Of a DNA stretch of 64,000 nucleotides, positions 30,394 through 40,058 are shown in pieces. The notes below the pieces were generated by a model. The model searched no databases. It saw nothing but the letters and a program-made list of their open reading frames with translations, and had not been told where the DNA came from. Within the stretch, counting starts at the first letter, position 1. Every line of letters begins with the position of its first letter. The position numbers and the translations under genes are program-made. Source of the DNA: Caldilineaceae bacterium (GTDB lineage Bacteria; Chloroflexota; Anaerolineae; Caldilineales; Caldilineaceae); NCBI GenBank assembly GCA_965200385.1, contig OZ241342.1:2979880-3043879 (forward strand), given 5' to 3'.

Positions 30394-30633
30394 TCAGGCC
30401 CGCGTGAACGCCTCGCTCACCATGTCACTGATGACATCGCCATCGTAGGTCAAAGTCGCTGAGACGTCCAGATCGCGCGCCAGGTCGATCCCGTCCAGCG
30501 TCACACTGGCCGTTCCCAGCGCCTTGTTCACCGCTGTGATCTTCTTGTTGGCATCGTCTTCCACGATCACCGTGCCGAAGCTCAGACTGCCCAGGCCCAG
30601 CATGCCCGCCAACAGTGCATTCCACCAGCTCAC
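30394..30633 (-). CDS. Small hypothetical protein (hydrophobic N-terminus, acidic C-terminus)
   Basis: 79 codons with high third-position GC. GTG start overlaps the stop of the upstream 55-codon ORF (GTGA). Confidence 0.45.
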   Translation of the reverse strand: MSWWNALLAGMLGLGSLSFGTVIVEDDANKKITAVNKALGTASVTLDGIDLARDLDVSATLTYDGDVISDMVSEAFTRA

Positions 30634-30797
30634 CCTGATCGCGTCGGTCTCATCCGTACCAGTCCTGTGATGCCGTCCAGGTGCTGGCGGGAGACATGGC
30701 TGTCGTAGTTGTTGCGGTCAAAGGGAGCCGCCAAGATCAGGCTCCCCAAGGCCACCAGGACCGCGCTGCGGATCAACCGTATTGCCATCTTTTGCAT
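30630..30797 (-). CDS. Small ORF with signal-peptide-like N-terminus (may be the 5' part of a frameshifted single gene with 30394-30633)
   Basis: Hand translation MQKMAIRLIRSAVLVALGSLILAAPF... Third-position GC drops over the last ~12 codons, while the downstream frame looks coding there. Confidence 0.35.
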   Translation of the reverse strand: MQKMAIRLIRSAVLVALGSLILAAPFDRNNYDSHVSRQHLDGITGLVRMRPTRSG

Positions 30798-30871
30798 GAT
30801 CCAACGCCGTCAGCTTCATGCCTTTGTTATAATCGACACATTAATCGCTGTCCTGCCCCGGGGAGGGAAGC

Positions 30872-31213
30872 ATGAAAAAGATTCAAGCCATCATTCGTCC
30901 TGAAAAACTTGAAGATGTCAAAAACGCCTTGATGGACGCCGGTATCCGTGGCCTGACCGTGTCCCAGGTAACTGGGCGCGGCCAGCAGCGTACACGGGTG
31001 TTGAGCGGCCGCGCTTCCGTAGAGATCGAAACCGACATGCTGCAACGTCTGAAGATCGAGGTATTCGTGCACGCGGCACGGGCGGATCAGGCATGCGAGG
31101 TCATTCGTGCCGCAGCCGCTACAGGCAATGTGGGTGATGGCAAGATCTTCGTCCTCCCTGTAGAAACAGCCATCCGCATCCGGACAGGTGAAACGGACGA
31201 CGCAGCCATCTAG
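30872..31213 (+). CDS. glnB: P-II family nitrogen regulatory protein with divergent T-loop
   Basis: MKKIQAIIRPEKLEDVK...GDGKIFVLPVETAIRIRTGETDDAAI. TGTTATAAT extended -10 at 30825-30833. Confidence 0.85.
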   Translation: MKKIQAIIRPEKLEDVKNALMDAGIRGLTVSQVTGRGQQRTRVLSGRASVEIETDMLQRLKIEVFVHAARADQACEVIRAAAATGNVGDGKIFVLPVETAIRIRTGETDDAAI

Positions 31214-31401
31214 TCCTTGCGGTCCCCTACTGCTTGACTGCTGTCGCCAATCATGACGCATCGCCCATTGCGCGCGTCTTTCGGGAAAAGCGCCCCGACG
31301 GTGACCGACATCTACAACTCATCCACAACCAACAAGATTCGTGAAATCCGATGAGAAAATTCCTCCCTGAGCTGCTCCACGCAGACCGGGAACAGTATCA
31401 C

Positions 31402-31446
31402 GAACAGACCCAACCGCCGCGCCCGCAGAACAGACCCAACCGCCGC
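31402..31446. repeat. Direct repeat, 2 x 19 bp (GAACAGACCCAACCGCCGC), period 26
   Basis: Copies at 31402-31420 and 31428-31446. CAGACC also recurs at 31382 and 31448. Confidence 0.9.
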
Positions 31447-31469
31447 TACAGACCAGGTCGCTCTGGGGT

Positions 31470-32084
31470 ATGAACGACGCGGCACTGCCCCCTGGCGATG
31501 CCGCGAGCTGTATCGGCTATGTGCAGGTAGGCCTCAATGCCGGCATCGATCCCGTATGGGCGCTACCGGCGCTGGTGCAGTGCGGCGTGGACGCGCTGGG
31601 CCGTTTTGGGCAGGAGGTTACATTGACCGGACTGGAGGTGGTCATACACGATCTGGTGCTCGCCCCAGCAGGGGACGAGGAATTCGAGGGGCTCTGTAGG
31701 GTGCAAAACTGGTTCCACGTGGCGGACCCGTCCTGGCCACAGGTGCATATCGCCATGGACCAGGCGTTGTTGGCACAAGACAAGCTCCCGCTCTTGGCTG
31801 ACTGGCTGCTCCGGTACGGTCGTTTCGAACCTGAAATGGGTGGACTCACGTGCGAGACATCCGTGGTCACGCTGCCACCGGCGCACCGCATACGGGGGAA
31901 GGTACCTCACCAGGTCCTGACACCCGCCGCGCAGGGCTTGGCGCTCCGCCTGCCCGCGTGGACGGCCAGTGCGGCGGTGTGGGCCCTCGCCGTCCTGTTC
32001 GCGGTGGTCCGCGAAGAATTCACCCCCTTGCGCAGGGTGCAGGCACGACGTTGCTGCGCCCTGCGCAAGACCCGCGTGGCTTGA
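31470..32084 (+). CDS. Hypothetical protein
   Basis: 204-aa ORF with high third-position GC through its 3' end, including the part overlapped by the minus-strand ORF. C-terminal hydrophobic helix. Confidence 0.5.
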   Translation: MNDAALPPGDAASCIGYVQVGLNAGIDPVWALPALVQCGVDALGRFGQEVTLTGLEVVIHDLVLAPAGDEEFEGLCRVQNWFHVADPSWPQVHIAMDQALLAQDKLPLLADWLLRYGRFEPEMGGLTCETSVVTLPPAHRIRGKVPHQVLTPAAQGLALRLPAWTASAAVWALAVLFAVVREEFTPLRRVQARRCCALRKTRVA

Positions 32085-32614
32085 CCGACCCTACTTATTG
32101 CATTGATAAGGAAAGTCCCTGAAACATCCAGATCTTTGCCTGCATACTCTTTCTCATCCGCGATACGATGTATCCATTCATTGTTATATTCTCTCATCTC
32201 CGGCGGTGCAGCCGTGAATGGACCGCGCTCGTCGTCCGGGAAAACGAAGTTCAGGACATCCCAGACCACACCCATTTCTCTTTCATCGTAGTCAAGCCCT
32301 TGATCCCGGCTGAGTTGGCGCGCTTTGGCATGCTTGTATAAAAATGTGTCCTCAATGTCGATTTCCGGCTTGAAGTGGTAGTGCAAGGTTTTGCCATTGA
32401 GCCACCGGAAGTAGCCAGGACGGTGAGTGACGCTGATCTCACCTACGTACAGACGACTTACCAAAGGTGAGAAAACGATGCCTATGAGCTCGTGCAGTTC
32501 GGCAATCTGGTCACCGTTGAAAGCTCCGGTCTCCTGCACGTACCGCAGGATCTCATTGCGCAGGGCTGCCATGTCCAGCGTCTTGCTGCCATGCTTGCTG
32601 CTACAGTTGGTCAT
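31907..32614 (-). CDS. Orphan hypothetical protein encoded on a low-GC segment; last ~60 codons are probably read-through
   Basis: AGGAG 8 nt before ATG 32614. Body 32090-32614 is visibly AT-richer than its surroundings. No recognisable domain. Confidence 0.5.
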   Translation of the reverse strand: MTNCSSKHGSKTLDMAALRNEILRYVQETGAFNGDQIAELHELIGIVFSPLVSRLYVGEISVTHRPGYFRWLNGKTLHYHFKPEIDIEDTFLYKHAKARQLSRDQGLDYDEREMGVVWDVLNFVFPDDERGPFTAAPPEMREYNNEWIHRIADEKEYAGKDLDVSGTFLINAISRVGQATRVLRRAQQRRACTLRKGVNSSRTTANRTARAHTAALAVHAGRRSAKPCAAGVRTW

Positions 32615-32764
32615 GTGTGTTGCTCCTGAATGTGTGCTGAGCGCGACGCGCACGTTGAGTCCATGCGGCTCGCTTACGCTTGCCTCAGACTGAAATTGAT
32701 ATGGGTTATATACGAGCAGACACCGCTGGCAGAACTGGTGCCGGGAAGCTGTGCATGGTTCCTG

Positions 32765-33300
32765 TCATCCCCCCGGGGTCAGCATGGTATAGGTGAGACG
32801 CTTGCCGATAGCCCCCTGCACCAGGAGCCGCAACTGCTTTTGTGTGTCCAGCGGCCGCACGTTGTGGCGCCCTGTGCATGCATTGATGTAGCGGTGCCGA
32901 CGCTTGAGACTCATGTGGTGGTACACACCCATGTAACCCCGTTTGCGCAGGGCCCAGAACGACTCCAGACCGTTGCTGTGGGCCTGCCCCCGAACACATT
33001 CGCCTACGCTGTGCCGCACCACCGCGCGCGTCCGCTGCACTTGGCGGTAGGCCGTGGCGTCGTCCGTGTACACCAGGGCCTCGCGTGCCGTGCGCACATA
33101 TACGAACTGGCGCAGCATCCGTCCTGGCCACCACCGCGGCGTCTATCCGGTGGGTCGGTCGGTCCTTGACCCCGGCCACGGCCGTAACCAGCGCAGGGGC
33201 TTGTCCCGCACTGCCGGCGCATAGACTCCACGCACACCCCGGAACCTCGTGCCGTCCAGTTTCGGGTTCCAGGCCACCGGCACGAACAGGTCGATGCTGG
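32765..33300 (-). pseudogene. IS1595-family (ISXO2-like) DDE transposase, frameshifted C-terminal two thirds
   Basis: ALVYTDDATAYRQ...VRHSVGECVRGQAHSNGLESFWALRKRGYMGVYHHMSLKRRHRYINACTGRHNVR matches the DDE_Tnp_IS1595 pattern. Upstream parts (IDLFVPVA..., VKDRPTHRIDAAVVARTD) lie in two other frames. Confidence 0.7.
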
Positions 33301-33499
33301 CCGCGAACAATCTGGCGCCGCGCGCATGTCCAGACCGGTGTCCGCCTGCATCAGGATGCCCAGCCGCTGCAGAGTTGCCGGCGGGTTGTGCGCTGTTCTG
33401 CGTTGCCCGCAAGACGCACGGGAATGTCTGTGGCACACCCGGCACGCGCCGGACTATGCGTTCCAAGGCGGGCTCGCGGTCAAGCACAGGAAATATCCG

Positions 33500-33640
33500 A
33501 AGATACACAACCTGCACAAGCTGGCTCCGCTGATGGACGGCTTGATGACCTTGGCCCTGGAACCCGGACGCAACCGGAACGTCACACCTTTGTACGTTTT
33601 CCTGTTCTTGCTCGGTGATACCCTGGTATACCCTTGCTTG
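33500..33640 (-). pseudogene. tnpB: tnpB 5' remnant
   Basis: GVTFRLRPGSRAKVIKPSISGASLCRLC parallels GITLRVRPGSRTKHNKMMRIAGACRKVW of copy B. Nucleotide-level similarity by eye. No start codon retained. Confidence 0.5.
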
Positions 33641-33730
33641 CCGTCTACACCCCATCCCCTGCCTCGCGGGTGAATTCGTATGTAATTCCCTTCGGATAGT
33701 TTGCCAGGTGGGAGAAAGTCCCAACAGCAG

Positions 33731-33759
33731 TTGGCTTGCCGCAAGACATGGTGTATGAT
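33731..33759 (+). promoter_or_regulatory. Putative promoter of the LysM/YkuD gene
   Basis: TTGGCT, 17 nt, TATGAT. A 7-bp inverted repeat CAGGGAC t GTCCCTG (33843-33857) lies between it and the start codon. Confidence 0.3.
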
Positions 33760-33886
33760 AAATATAAGGCAGGGCACAGCCTCTGGCAAGTATATAGTGA
33801 CTCTTCCGGCTTTTCTTCGTTGCACACACTAGATTGACCAGACAGGGACTGTCCCTGGATTGCAGGACAGGCACCGAAGGTGTGTA

Positions 33887-35302
33887 ATGAAGTTCTATTC
33901 CTTGACAACCAGATTCCTCATATCCATGGTCTGCGTGACCGCTTTGCTGTTCGGTACCGTCAGCCAATCGGTTCTGGCCCTTGAAAAAATCCATGTAGTC
34001 AAGCGGGGCGAAACTCTCGCCAGCATTGCCCGGCAGTACGACGTGGGCATATCCCAGCTCGCTGCCCACAACGCCATCGATCACCATGACTACATCTTTG
34101 TGGGACAGCGGATGCTGGTACCGGGTACCAGTGACCAGGAAGTACAGCCGCTGGGTATTCACACGGTGCGTGTAGGTGACGATCTCGGCCACATCGCCCA
34201 GGCGCATGGCGTAGCCCTCGACAAGCTCCTGAGCTACAACGGACTGTCCAGCCCGACTGAAATTTGGGTTGGGCAACCCATTCTGGTACCCGTAACGGTC
34301 AATCCGGCAGACACGAGCCAGGCGCATCACGTGCACACGGGCGAAACGCTTTTCTCCATTGCCCGGCGCTATGGAGTGGGGCTGGAGACATTGGCTGCGC
34401 ATAATCAGCTTGCAGATCTGAGCACCATTCAGGCAGGCCAAACGCTGTCCATACCCCGGGTGGCCAGTCCGGTTCCGGAATTGCGCAACGCGAGCCGCGG
34501 CCCCATCAGGCTGGCTCAAACCCGGCATACGGTCACCCTGAGCGAATCTCTGTCCCTGATAGCCCGCAGCTACGACCTGCCGATGGCGGATCTGATGCAG
34601 GTCAACGGCTTGGCGCTCGATTCCCTGATCTGGGTCGGCCAGTCACTGCGGCTGCCCTTGCATGCGGATGGTTCCGAACCGGTCCAGACCATCCTGCCAA
34701 CGCCTGTCACCCCTCTCCCACAGCCTGCGGCAACGGCCAGTGTTGAAGAGCCGCCGGCCGAAACTCCCGACATACCCGGCTTTTTGCATATCGTGCGACC
34801 GGGGGAAAGCCTGGCCAAGCTTGCCAAACGCTTCGGTATCACCGTGAGCGAGATCAGCCAGGCCAACCAGCTGCCCTCACGGGATCTCATCCACGTGGGC
34901 CAGCGCCTGCGCATTCCTGCCAAGCAGCCCAACGACAACGGGTACCAGGGCAGCCGCTGGATCGAGGTCGATCTCTCCGAGCAGACGGTTACCGCCTGGG
35001 ACGGCGAGGAAATCTTTTTGCATGCCCATATCAGCAGTGGCCTACCGGGATACAACACACCGGTAGGCCACTATAATATCTGGCACATGAATCCGTCCCA
35101 GACCATGTCGGGCCCCGGCTACAGCCTGCCAGGCGTAAAGCACAACATGTATTTTTACGGCGACTACGCCTTGCACGGTACCTATTGGCACAACAATTTT
35201 GGCCAACCCATGTCCCGCGGCTGTGTCAACATGACGGATGCCGATGCGGCCCGCCTGTACCAGTTTGCCGCGTTGGGCATGGAAGTCTGGGTTCATCATT
35301 AG
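33887..35302 (+). CDS. Secreted LysM-repeat L,D-transpeptidase (YkuD domain)
   Basis: Signal peptide, five LysM repeats (H.V..GETL..IA..Y.V), C-terminal YkuD motif HGTYWHNNFGQPMSRGCVNM. Confidence 0.85.
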   Translation: MKFYSLTTRFLISMVCVTALLFGTVSQSVLALEKIHVVKRGETLASIARQYDVGISQLAAHNAIDHHDYIFVGQRMLVPGTSDQEVQPLGIHTVRVGDDLGHIAQAHGVALDKLLSYNGLSSPTEIWVGQPILVPVTVNPADTSQAHHVHTGETLFSIARRYGVGLETLAAHNQLADLSTIQAGQTLSIPRVASPVPELRNASRGPIRLAQTRHTVTLSESLSLIARSYDLPMADLMQVNGLALDSLIWVGQSLRLPLHADGSEPVQTILPTPVTPLPQPAATASVEEPPAETPDIPGFLHIVRPGESLAKLAKRFGITVSEISQANQLPSRDLIHVGQRLRIPAKQPNDNGYQGSRWIEVDLSEQTVTAWDGEEIFLHAHISSGLPGYNTPVGHYNIWHMNPSQTMSGPGYSLPGVKHNMYFYGDYALHGTYWHNNFGQPMSRGCVNMTDADAARLYQFAALGMEVWVHH

Positions 35303-35507
35303 ATCCCGACCCAGCCTGCCGCCGACCGCCACCGGGCCTGGTTGGCTTTGCGCCTGACTTGTCAGTGGGCGCAGGCGCTTTGGCCCTGACCCGCTTCCGT
35401 TGGAACACTTGCACCGGATGGCATCTGGCTGAATCTTCGCCCGGTAGCACTTCCGTCATGTAGAATCAGGCTTGGTGGCATGGATCGGGTCAGGCAGCAG
35501 GACGGTT

Positions 35508-38015
35508 ATGGCAGGAACGGTACAGGCATCCCCTACGCTCACCGGTGAACCGGTTCAGATTCGTTTGCCTGTACAGGGCATGCACTGTACGGGTTGTGCC
35601 CAATCCATCGAATTGACGCTGGGTCAGGATGCGGGCATTGATCGGATCGCGGTTCACTATCCAGCCGCCCAGGCCGAGATTGCGTACCATCCCGAAATCC
35701 TTGCCCTGCCCCAGATCATCGAACGGATCGGGGCCCAAGGCTTTGCCGTGCCCCAAGAAGAAATCCGGATGGCGGTGCAGGGTATGACCTGCACCGGCTG
35801 CGCCGACAGTGTGGAACGTACGCTGGCAGGCACAGCCGGCGTGGTTGCGGTTGAGGTCAGTTTCCCCCGGGAAGAAGCACACGTCACGTATCTTCCGGAT
35901 CAGGTCGGCGTACCGGCCCTGGAGGCACAGGTAGCCCGTGCCGGTTACACGCTGGTGCCCTTGTCCGCACAGCCCGCGGCGGCGGACCGGCGGGAGGCGT
36001 CAGTCCAGGCCGATTTGCGCCAGCGTCGCTTCAAGCTCGGGGTCGCCCTGGCTTGCAGTGCCGTCATTTTCAGCCTGAACATGATCCTGCCCTTGTGGCT
36101 GGACTTGTCCCCGGTTTGGTCCGAGTGGACAGTGCTGGGTTTGGCCAGCATCGTCCAGATCTGGATCGGACAGGAATTTCATGTTCGGGCCTGGCGTTCC
36201 CTGCACCTGCTTCATCCCAACATGGACACGTTGGTGTCCCTGGGCTCGAACGTGGCTTTTTTCACGGGGCTGGCCACACTGCTTCTGGACCTGGATCGCA
36301 GCATATTCCCCCTCTTTTTTGAATCGGCCGCCTTCATCGTTACTTTCATCTACCTGGGCCGTTTCCTGGAGGCACGGGCCCGCCATCAGACAGGCAGGGC
36401 CATAACGCAACTGCTGTCCCTGCAGCCTGCTGTGGCCTGCGTGGTGCGCGACAACCGGGAACATACCGTAGCGCTGGAACAGGTCCAGCTGTCCGACACG
36501 CTGGTGGTGCGTGCCGGCGATACGGTACCGGTCGACGGGGTGGTGATTGAGGGCGAAAGTGCGGTGGACGAGTCCATGCTGTCAGGGGAAAGCCTGCCCG
36601 TGTACAAGCAGGTGGGAGACTCGGTCTGGGGCGGTACCGTAAATCAGGAAGGTACGTTCCGGCTGGAAGCCCGGGCTGTCGGTGCGGATACCGCCGCTGC
36701 CCGGATTGCGGAGACTGTACAGAACGCACTGCTGAGCAAGGCTCCCGTTCAGTCCCTGGCCGACCGTGTAGCCCGCGTCTTTGTGCCCGTGATTTTGGTT
36801 CTGGCCCTGTTGACCGGACTGGTATGGACCTTCGTGGGCGCGCCTTTTCACTTTCCCGGTATCTCACCCCTGAGCATCGGGCTCATGTTCGCGTCTGCCG
36901 TATTGCTGATCAGCTGCCCCTGCGCCTTGGGTTTGGCAACGCCCACGGCCATGATTGCCGGGACTACCCGGGCGGCCCGGGACGGTATCCTGGTCAAGGA
37001 CGCATCGGCCCTGCAGCATCTGGCCGGAGTGGATGTGCTGGCCTTTGACAAGACAGGGACCGTCACACAGGGTGAACCCGAGGTACAGGTGATCGTGGTG
37101 TCGCCGGCGGTCAGTGCCACCATCGAGGAGCATGATCTGTTGCGGTGGGCGGCCAGTGCCCTGCAAGGCAGCGCGCATCCCATCGGGCAAGCCATCCGCA
37201 CTGCAGCCGAAGCCAAGGGGCTGGATCTGTACAGGATGCAGGGATTCCAGAGTCATACGGGACGGGGCGTGACCGCACAGCAGGGCACTCATCGCATCTG
37301 TGTAGGCAGCCGGGATTTTCTGGCGACCCAAAAACTGGATCCGGAAGATCTTGAGGCCCTGACCCACCCGCTGGAGACGGAGGGCCTCAACGTCACGTAC
37401 GTCGCGGACAACGATCAGGTGCTGGGCTGCTTTGGCATTGCCGACTCGCTGCGGCCGGATGCACGCGCACTGGTGGAAGCCCTGCGCAACCGGAAGCTGG
37501 CTATCCACATGCTCTCGGGGGACACGGAAGTGACAGCCCGCACAGTCGCACACCAGATGGGATTGGATCCGGACACGGAAGTAGCGTGGGCAATGCAGCC
37601 GGCGGACAAGGCGGCCGTCATCCAGCGCCTGCAGGCCAAAGGTCATGTTGTGTGCATGGTAGGAGATGGCGTCAACGATGCCCCGGCCTTGGCCCAGGCC
37701 AACGTGGGCATGGCCCTGGTATCCGGCCAGAACCTGGCCCTGGAAGCCGCGGACGTAGGCATCCTCCATCAAACCCTGTCCCGCATTCCGGCCGCGCTGC
37801 GCCTGGGCCAGAAAACCTTGCGTGTGGTGAAACAGAATTTGTTTTGGGCCTTTTTCTACAATACGGCGGCCATTCCCCTGGCAGCTGGCTGTTTTGTTCC
37901 CTTCCTGGGTCCTGCCTTCAAGCTAAACCCCGCGGTGGCCGCCGGAGCCATGGCTCTCAGCAGCATCTTCGTCGTGTGGAACAGCCTGCGCATCCGCCAG
38001 TCCCGCCGGCAATGA
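35508..38015 (+). CDS. copA: Copper-translocating P1B-type ATPase
   Basis: Two HMA domains (GMHCTGC, GMTCTGC), CPC in the TM helix, [13 protein letters not shown]. Start uncertain (TTG 35472 / ATG 35508). Confidence 0.9.
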   Translation: MAGTVQASPTLTGEPVQIRLPVQGMHCTGCAQSIELTLGQDAGIDRIAVHYPAAQAEIAYHPEILALPQIIERIGAQGFAVPQEEIRMAVQGMTCTGCADSVERTLAGTAGVVAVEVSFPREEAHVTYLPDQVGVPALEAQVARAGYTLVPLSAQPAAADRREASVQADLRQRRFKLGVALACSAVIFSLNMILPLWLDLSPVWSEWTVLGLASIVQIWIGQEFHVRAWRSLHLLHPNMDTLVSLGSNVAFFTGLATLLLDLDRSIFPLFFESAAFIVTFIYLGRFLEARARHQTGRAITQLLSLQPAVACVVRDNREHTVALEQVQLSDTLVVRAGDTVPVDGVVIEGESAVDESMLSGESLPVYKQVGDSVWGGTVNQEGTFRLEARAVGADTAAARIAETVQNALLSKAPVQSLADRVARVFVPVILVLALLTGLVWTFVGAPFHFPGISPLSIGLMFASAVLLISCPCALGLATPTAMIAGTTRAARDGILVKDASALQHLAGVDVLAFDKTGTVTQGEPEVQVIVVSPAVSATIEEHDLLRWAASALQGSAHPIGQAIRTAAEAKGLDLYRMQGFQSHTGRGVTAQQGTHRICVGSRDFLATQKLDPEDLEALTHPLETEGLNVTYVADNDQVLGCFGIADSLRPDARALVEALRNRKLAIHMLSGDTEVTARTVAHQMGLDPDTEVAWAMQPADKAAVIQRLQAKGHVVCMVGDGVNDAPALAQANVGMALVSGQNLALEAADVGILHQTLSRIPAALRLGQKTLRVVKQNLFWAFFYNTAAIPLAAGCFVPFLGPAFKLNPAVAAGAMALSSIFVVWNSLRIRQSRRQ

Positions 38016-39601
38016 GGATTCCGCTTGGCGGGTGGACCGGACAGGTGGATGGGCGTAGTCGGTCCGGAGTCTGGATGGCTGCGTTTCTGCTCATACTGCT
38101 CCGGCCGGCGCCGGCCTGGGCCCAGGATCCACCCTTGTTGCCAACTGACGCGCCGGACAGGGCATGGGCCACGCTGGGAGCACCTGTCTTTGAGGCCAAC
38201 TGCCAGCCCTGTCACGGCCCCCAAGGGCAGGGCGACGGTCCCGTCATGGTGGATCAGGAACATGCCATGATTGACTTCACGGATCCGGTCCAGGTGGCGG
38301 ACCGGTCCCCCGCCCAATGGGTTGAAATTACCCGTACGGGACGCATCGAGGCACTGATGCCACCCTGGGAAAACCAGCTCACGCCGGAAGAGCTATGGGA
38401 CGTGGTCGCCTACCTCTGGCAATTGTCCACAACGGAGGAAGACCTGGTCCAGGGGGCTGCCGTATGGCAGTCTCTGGCTGCGCAGGGCGATCCGGTACCG
38501 GATGTCACCGCATGGGCCCACAGTGCTCTGGCCCAGACGCCTGCTGCATGGCAATCCACGGTGCGCGAAGATTTGCACCTGCCCGCGGACGCGATCCTGA
38601 CGACAGCCGAACTGGATCTGCTCCAGCGCTATTTGCAGTCTTTGGTACTCACGCCCACCTGGGCCCCTCCCCTGCACACAGGATCTGCCAGTCTGGCAGG
38701 ACAGGTCAAGCCCCGCTCCCCAGGCCAAACTCTGCCTCCGCAGCTGCCGATCCGGCTCACGGCAGTGACGGGATCCACCCTTCTGCAGGAACGCCAGGCG
38801 GAGACAGACGCCCAAGGCCATTTTGTGTTTCGGGATCTGGACTCCTCGGCCCGCCTGGCCTACCAGGTCCAGGTACAGCTGGAGGACCTGGTTTTCACTT
38901 CCCCCGCCGTGACCCTGTCACCGGATACGGCCCCCAACGAAGTGCACCTGGATGTCTTCCGACCGTCAGCGGTCGGCGACGCTCTTGAAGTCCACCGCAT
39001 GCATGTGATCCTGTCTGTCAGTGCCGAGCAAATTCTGGTGGGACAAACCACGTGGCTGGTCAATGCCACACCTTATGTATTCACGGGGCTCCCGGATACC
39101 GCCGCGTCCCATCCCGTAACGGCCCGCATCCCGCTGGCACCCGGGGCCACGGAGCTGACCATTGCCGAGGACACCGCCGACCGGTTCACCCGAGCCGGAA
39201 ATGTCCTGCTTGATTCCCGGCCCGTCTATCCCGCCCCCACCGGCCATTGGGTGACTCTCGGTTATCGTTTGCCCCTGACCCGGGCCGTGTGGATCCAGGA
39301 ATGGGATTATCCGCTGCAGGACGTGACAGTCCGGATCAATGAGCACCCCGGACTGGCGGTGCGTCTTCCCGGCTTTGAGCCAGCCGGCCAGGAAGTCCTG
39401 AATGACCAGACTTTTTCGATTTGGCAGGCCGCCGCATTGCCTGAAGGCCAACTGGCGGTACACTTTGACGGACTGCCTGTCGTGAGACAGCTGACGTACC
39501 AGATGCCTTGGTGGATGCCTTGGGCCGTGGTCGTCTTCTTGCTGTCACTGATCACCGTGACCGTGTGGCGGTTCCGGAGTCCATCGGCCTTGTTTTCCTG
39601 A
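38012..39601 (+). CDS. Membrane-anchored c-type cytochrome domain protein with large extracytoplasmic region
   Basis: Signal/TM segment, heme motif CQPCH, MPPW downstream, C-terminal TM anchor. ATGA overlap with the copA stop. Confidence 0.65.
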   Translation: MRIPLGGWTGQVDGRSRSGVWMAAFLLILLRPAPAWAQDPPLLPTDAPDRAWATLGAPVFEANCQPCHGPQGQGDGPVMVDQEHAMIDFTDPVQVADRSPAQWVEITRTGRIEALMPPWENQLTPEELWDVVAYLWQLSTTEEDLVQGAAVWQSLAAQGDPVPDVTAWAHSALAQTPAAWQSTVREDLHLPADAILTTAELDLLQRYLQSLVLTPTWAPPLHTGSASLAGQVKPRSPGQTLPPQLPIRLTAVTGSTLLQERQAETDAQGHFVFRDLDSSARLAYQVQVQLEDLVFTSPAVTLSPDTAPNEVHLDVFRPSAVGDALEVHRMHVILSVSAEQILVGQTTWLVNATPYVFTGLPDTAASHPVTARIPLAPGATELTIAEDTADRFTRAGNVLLDSRPVYPAPTGHWVTLGYRLPLTRAVWIQEWDYPLQDVTVRINEHPGLAVRLPGFEPAGQEVLNDQTFSIWQAAALPEGQLAVHFDGLPVVRQLTYQMPWWMPWAVVVFLLSLITVTVWRFRSPSALFS

Positions 39602-39615
39602 CCGGATCGGATACC

Positions 39616-40032
39616 ATGCGACACTGCCTGCAATGGCTCGCCTGCCTGCTCTGCCTTGGGGTCTGGCTGCCTGCAACCGTCTGGGCCCAATCTGCCCTGG
39701 AAGATGAAATGTATACGATTGCCCGGGAGCTTTGGTGTCCCTTGTGCGCCGGTATCCGCCTGGACGCCTGTGAACTGCAGGCCTGCATCCAGATGCGGGA
39801 AGAAATCATGGTGCTGTTGCAGGAAGGGCACGATACGGCCTACATCATTCAGTACTTTGAAGAACAGTACGGTCATCAAATTCACGGCGAACCACCCCGG
39901 ACCGGCTTTCACAGTCTGGCCTGGATCATGCCGCTGGTCGTAATCGTGGCACTGGGGATCGTGCTGGGGACGCGCATGCGCCGGGCAGCCGGCAGCCGGG
40001 CCAGGGCCCGGCCGCCGGTAGCTGCTCCCTAG
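39616..40032 (+). CDS. ccmH: Cytochrome c-type biogenesis protein CcmH
   Basis: Signal peptide, LWCPLCAG (CxxC) motif, C-terminal TM helix. Confidence 0.8.
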   Translation: MRHCLQWLACLLCLGVWLPATVWAQSALEDEMYTIARELWCPLCAGIRLDACELQACIQMREEIMVLLQEGHDTAYIIQYFEEQYGHQIHGEPPRTGFHSLAWIMPLVVIVALGIVLGTRMRRAAGSRARARPPVAAP

Positions 40033-40058
40033 ATCTGTAGCTTGCACCTGCCAATACC

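Larger units (their letters stand above)
32702..33690 (-). mobile_element. Decayed chimeric element C: TnpB-element ends, tnpB 5' remnant, IS1595-family transposase remnant
   Basis: GGGTTATATACGAGCAGACACCGC at 32703 and, inverted, GGGAATTACATACGAATTCACCCGCG ending at 33690. Both resemble the ends of copies A and B. Confidence 0.45.

Noticed and set aside
31402-31446. Possible CRISPR array
   Set aside because: There are only two 19-bp repeats with a 7-bp spacer, and no cas genes. This is not CRISPR-like.
33788-33805. GTATATAGT 9-mer identical to the core of the TnpB right end, first taken as the end of element C
   Set aside because: A better collinear match to the whole left-end region (end motif, spacer, tnpB N-terminal codons) places the element end at 33690. 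The 9-mer may be chance in an AT-rich stretch or a stray fragment.
33645-33908. 87-aa minus-strand ORF, with CQRLC…CGK read at first as an IS1595 zinc ribbon
   Set aside because: Only three Cys are present. The region overlaps the left-end homology of element C and the promoter region of the LysM gene. The similarity is too weak to call.
33143-34528. 461-aa minus-strand ORF
   Set aside because: Most of it is antisense to the LysM/YkuD gene. Only its last ~50 codons (33143-33300) coincide with a fragment of the IS1595-type transposase and are reported there.
37586-38011. Upstream 142-codon extension of the cytochrome c ORF
   Set aside because: It lies out of frame inside the copA 3' end and is Gly/Arg/Pro-rich. 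The plausible start is the ATG at 38012, which overlaps the copA stop.
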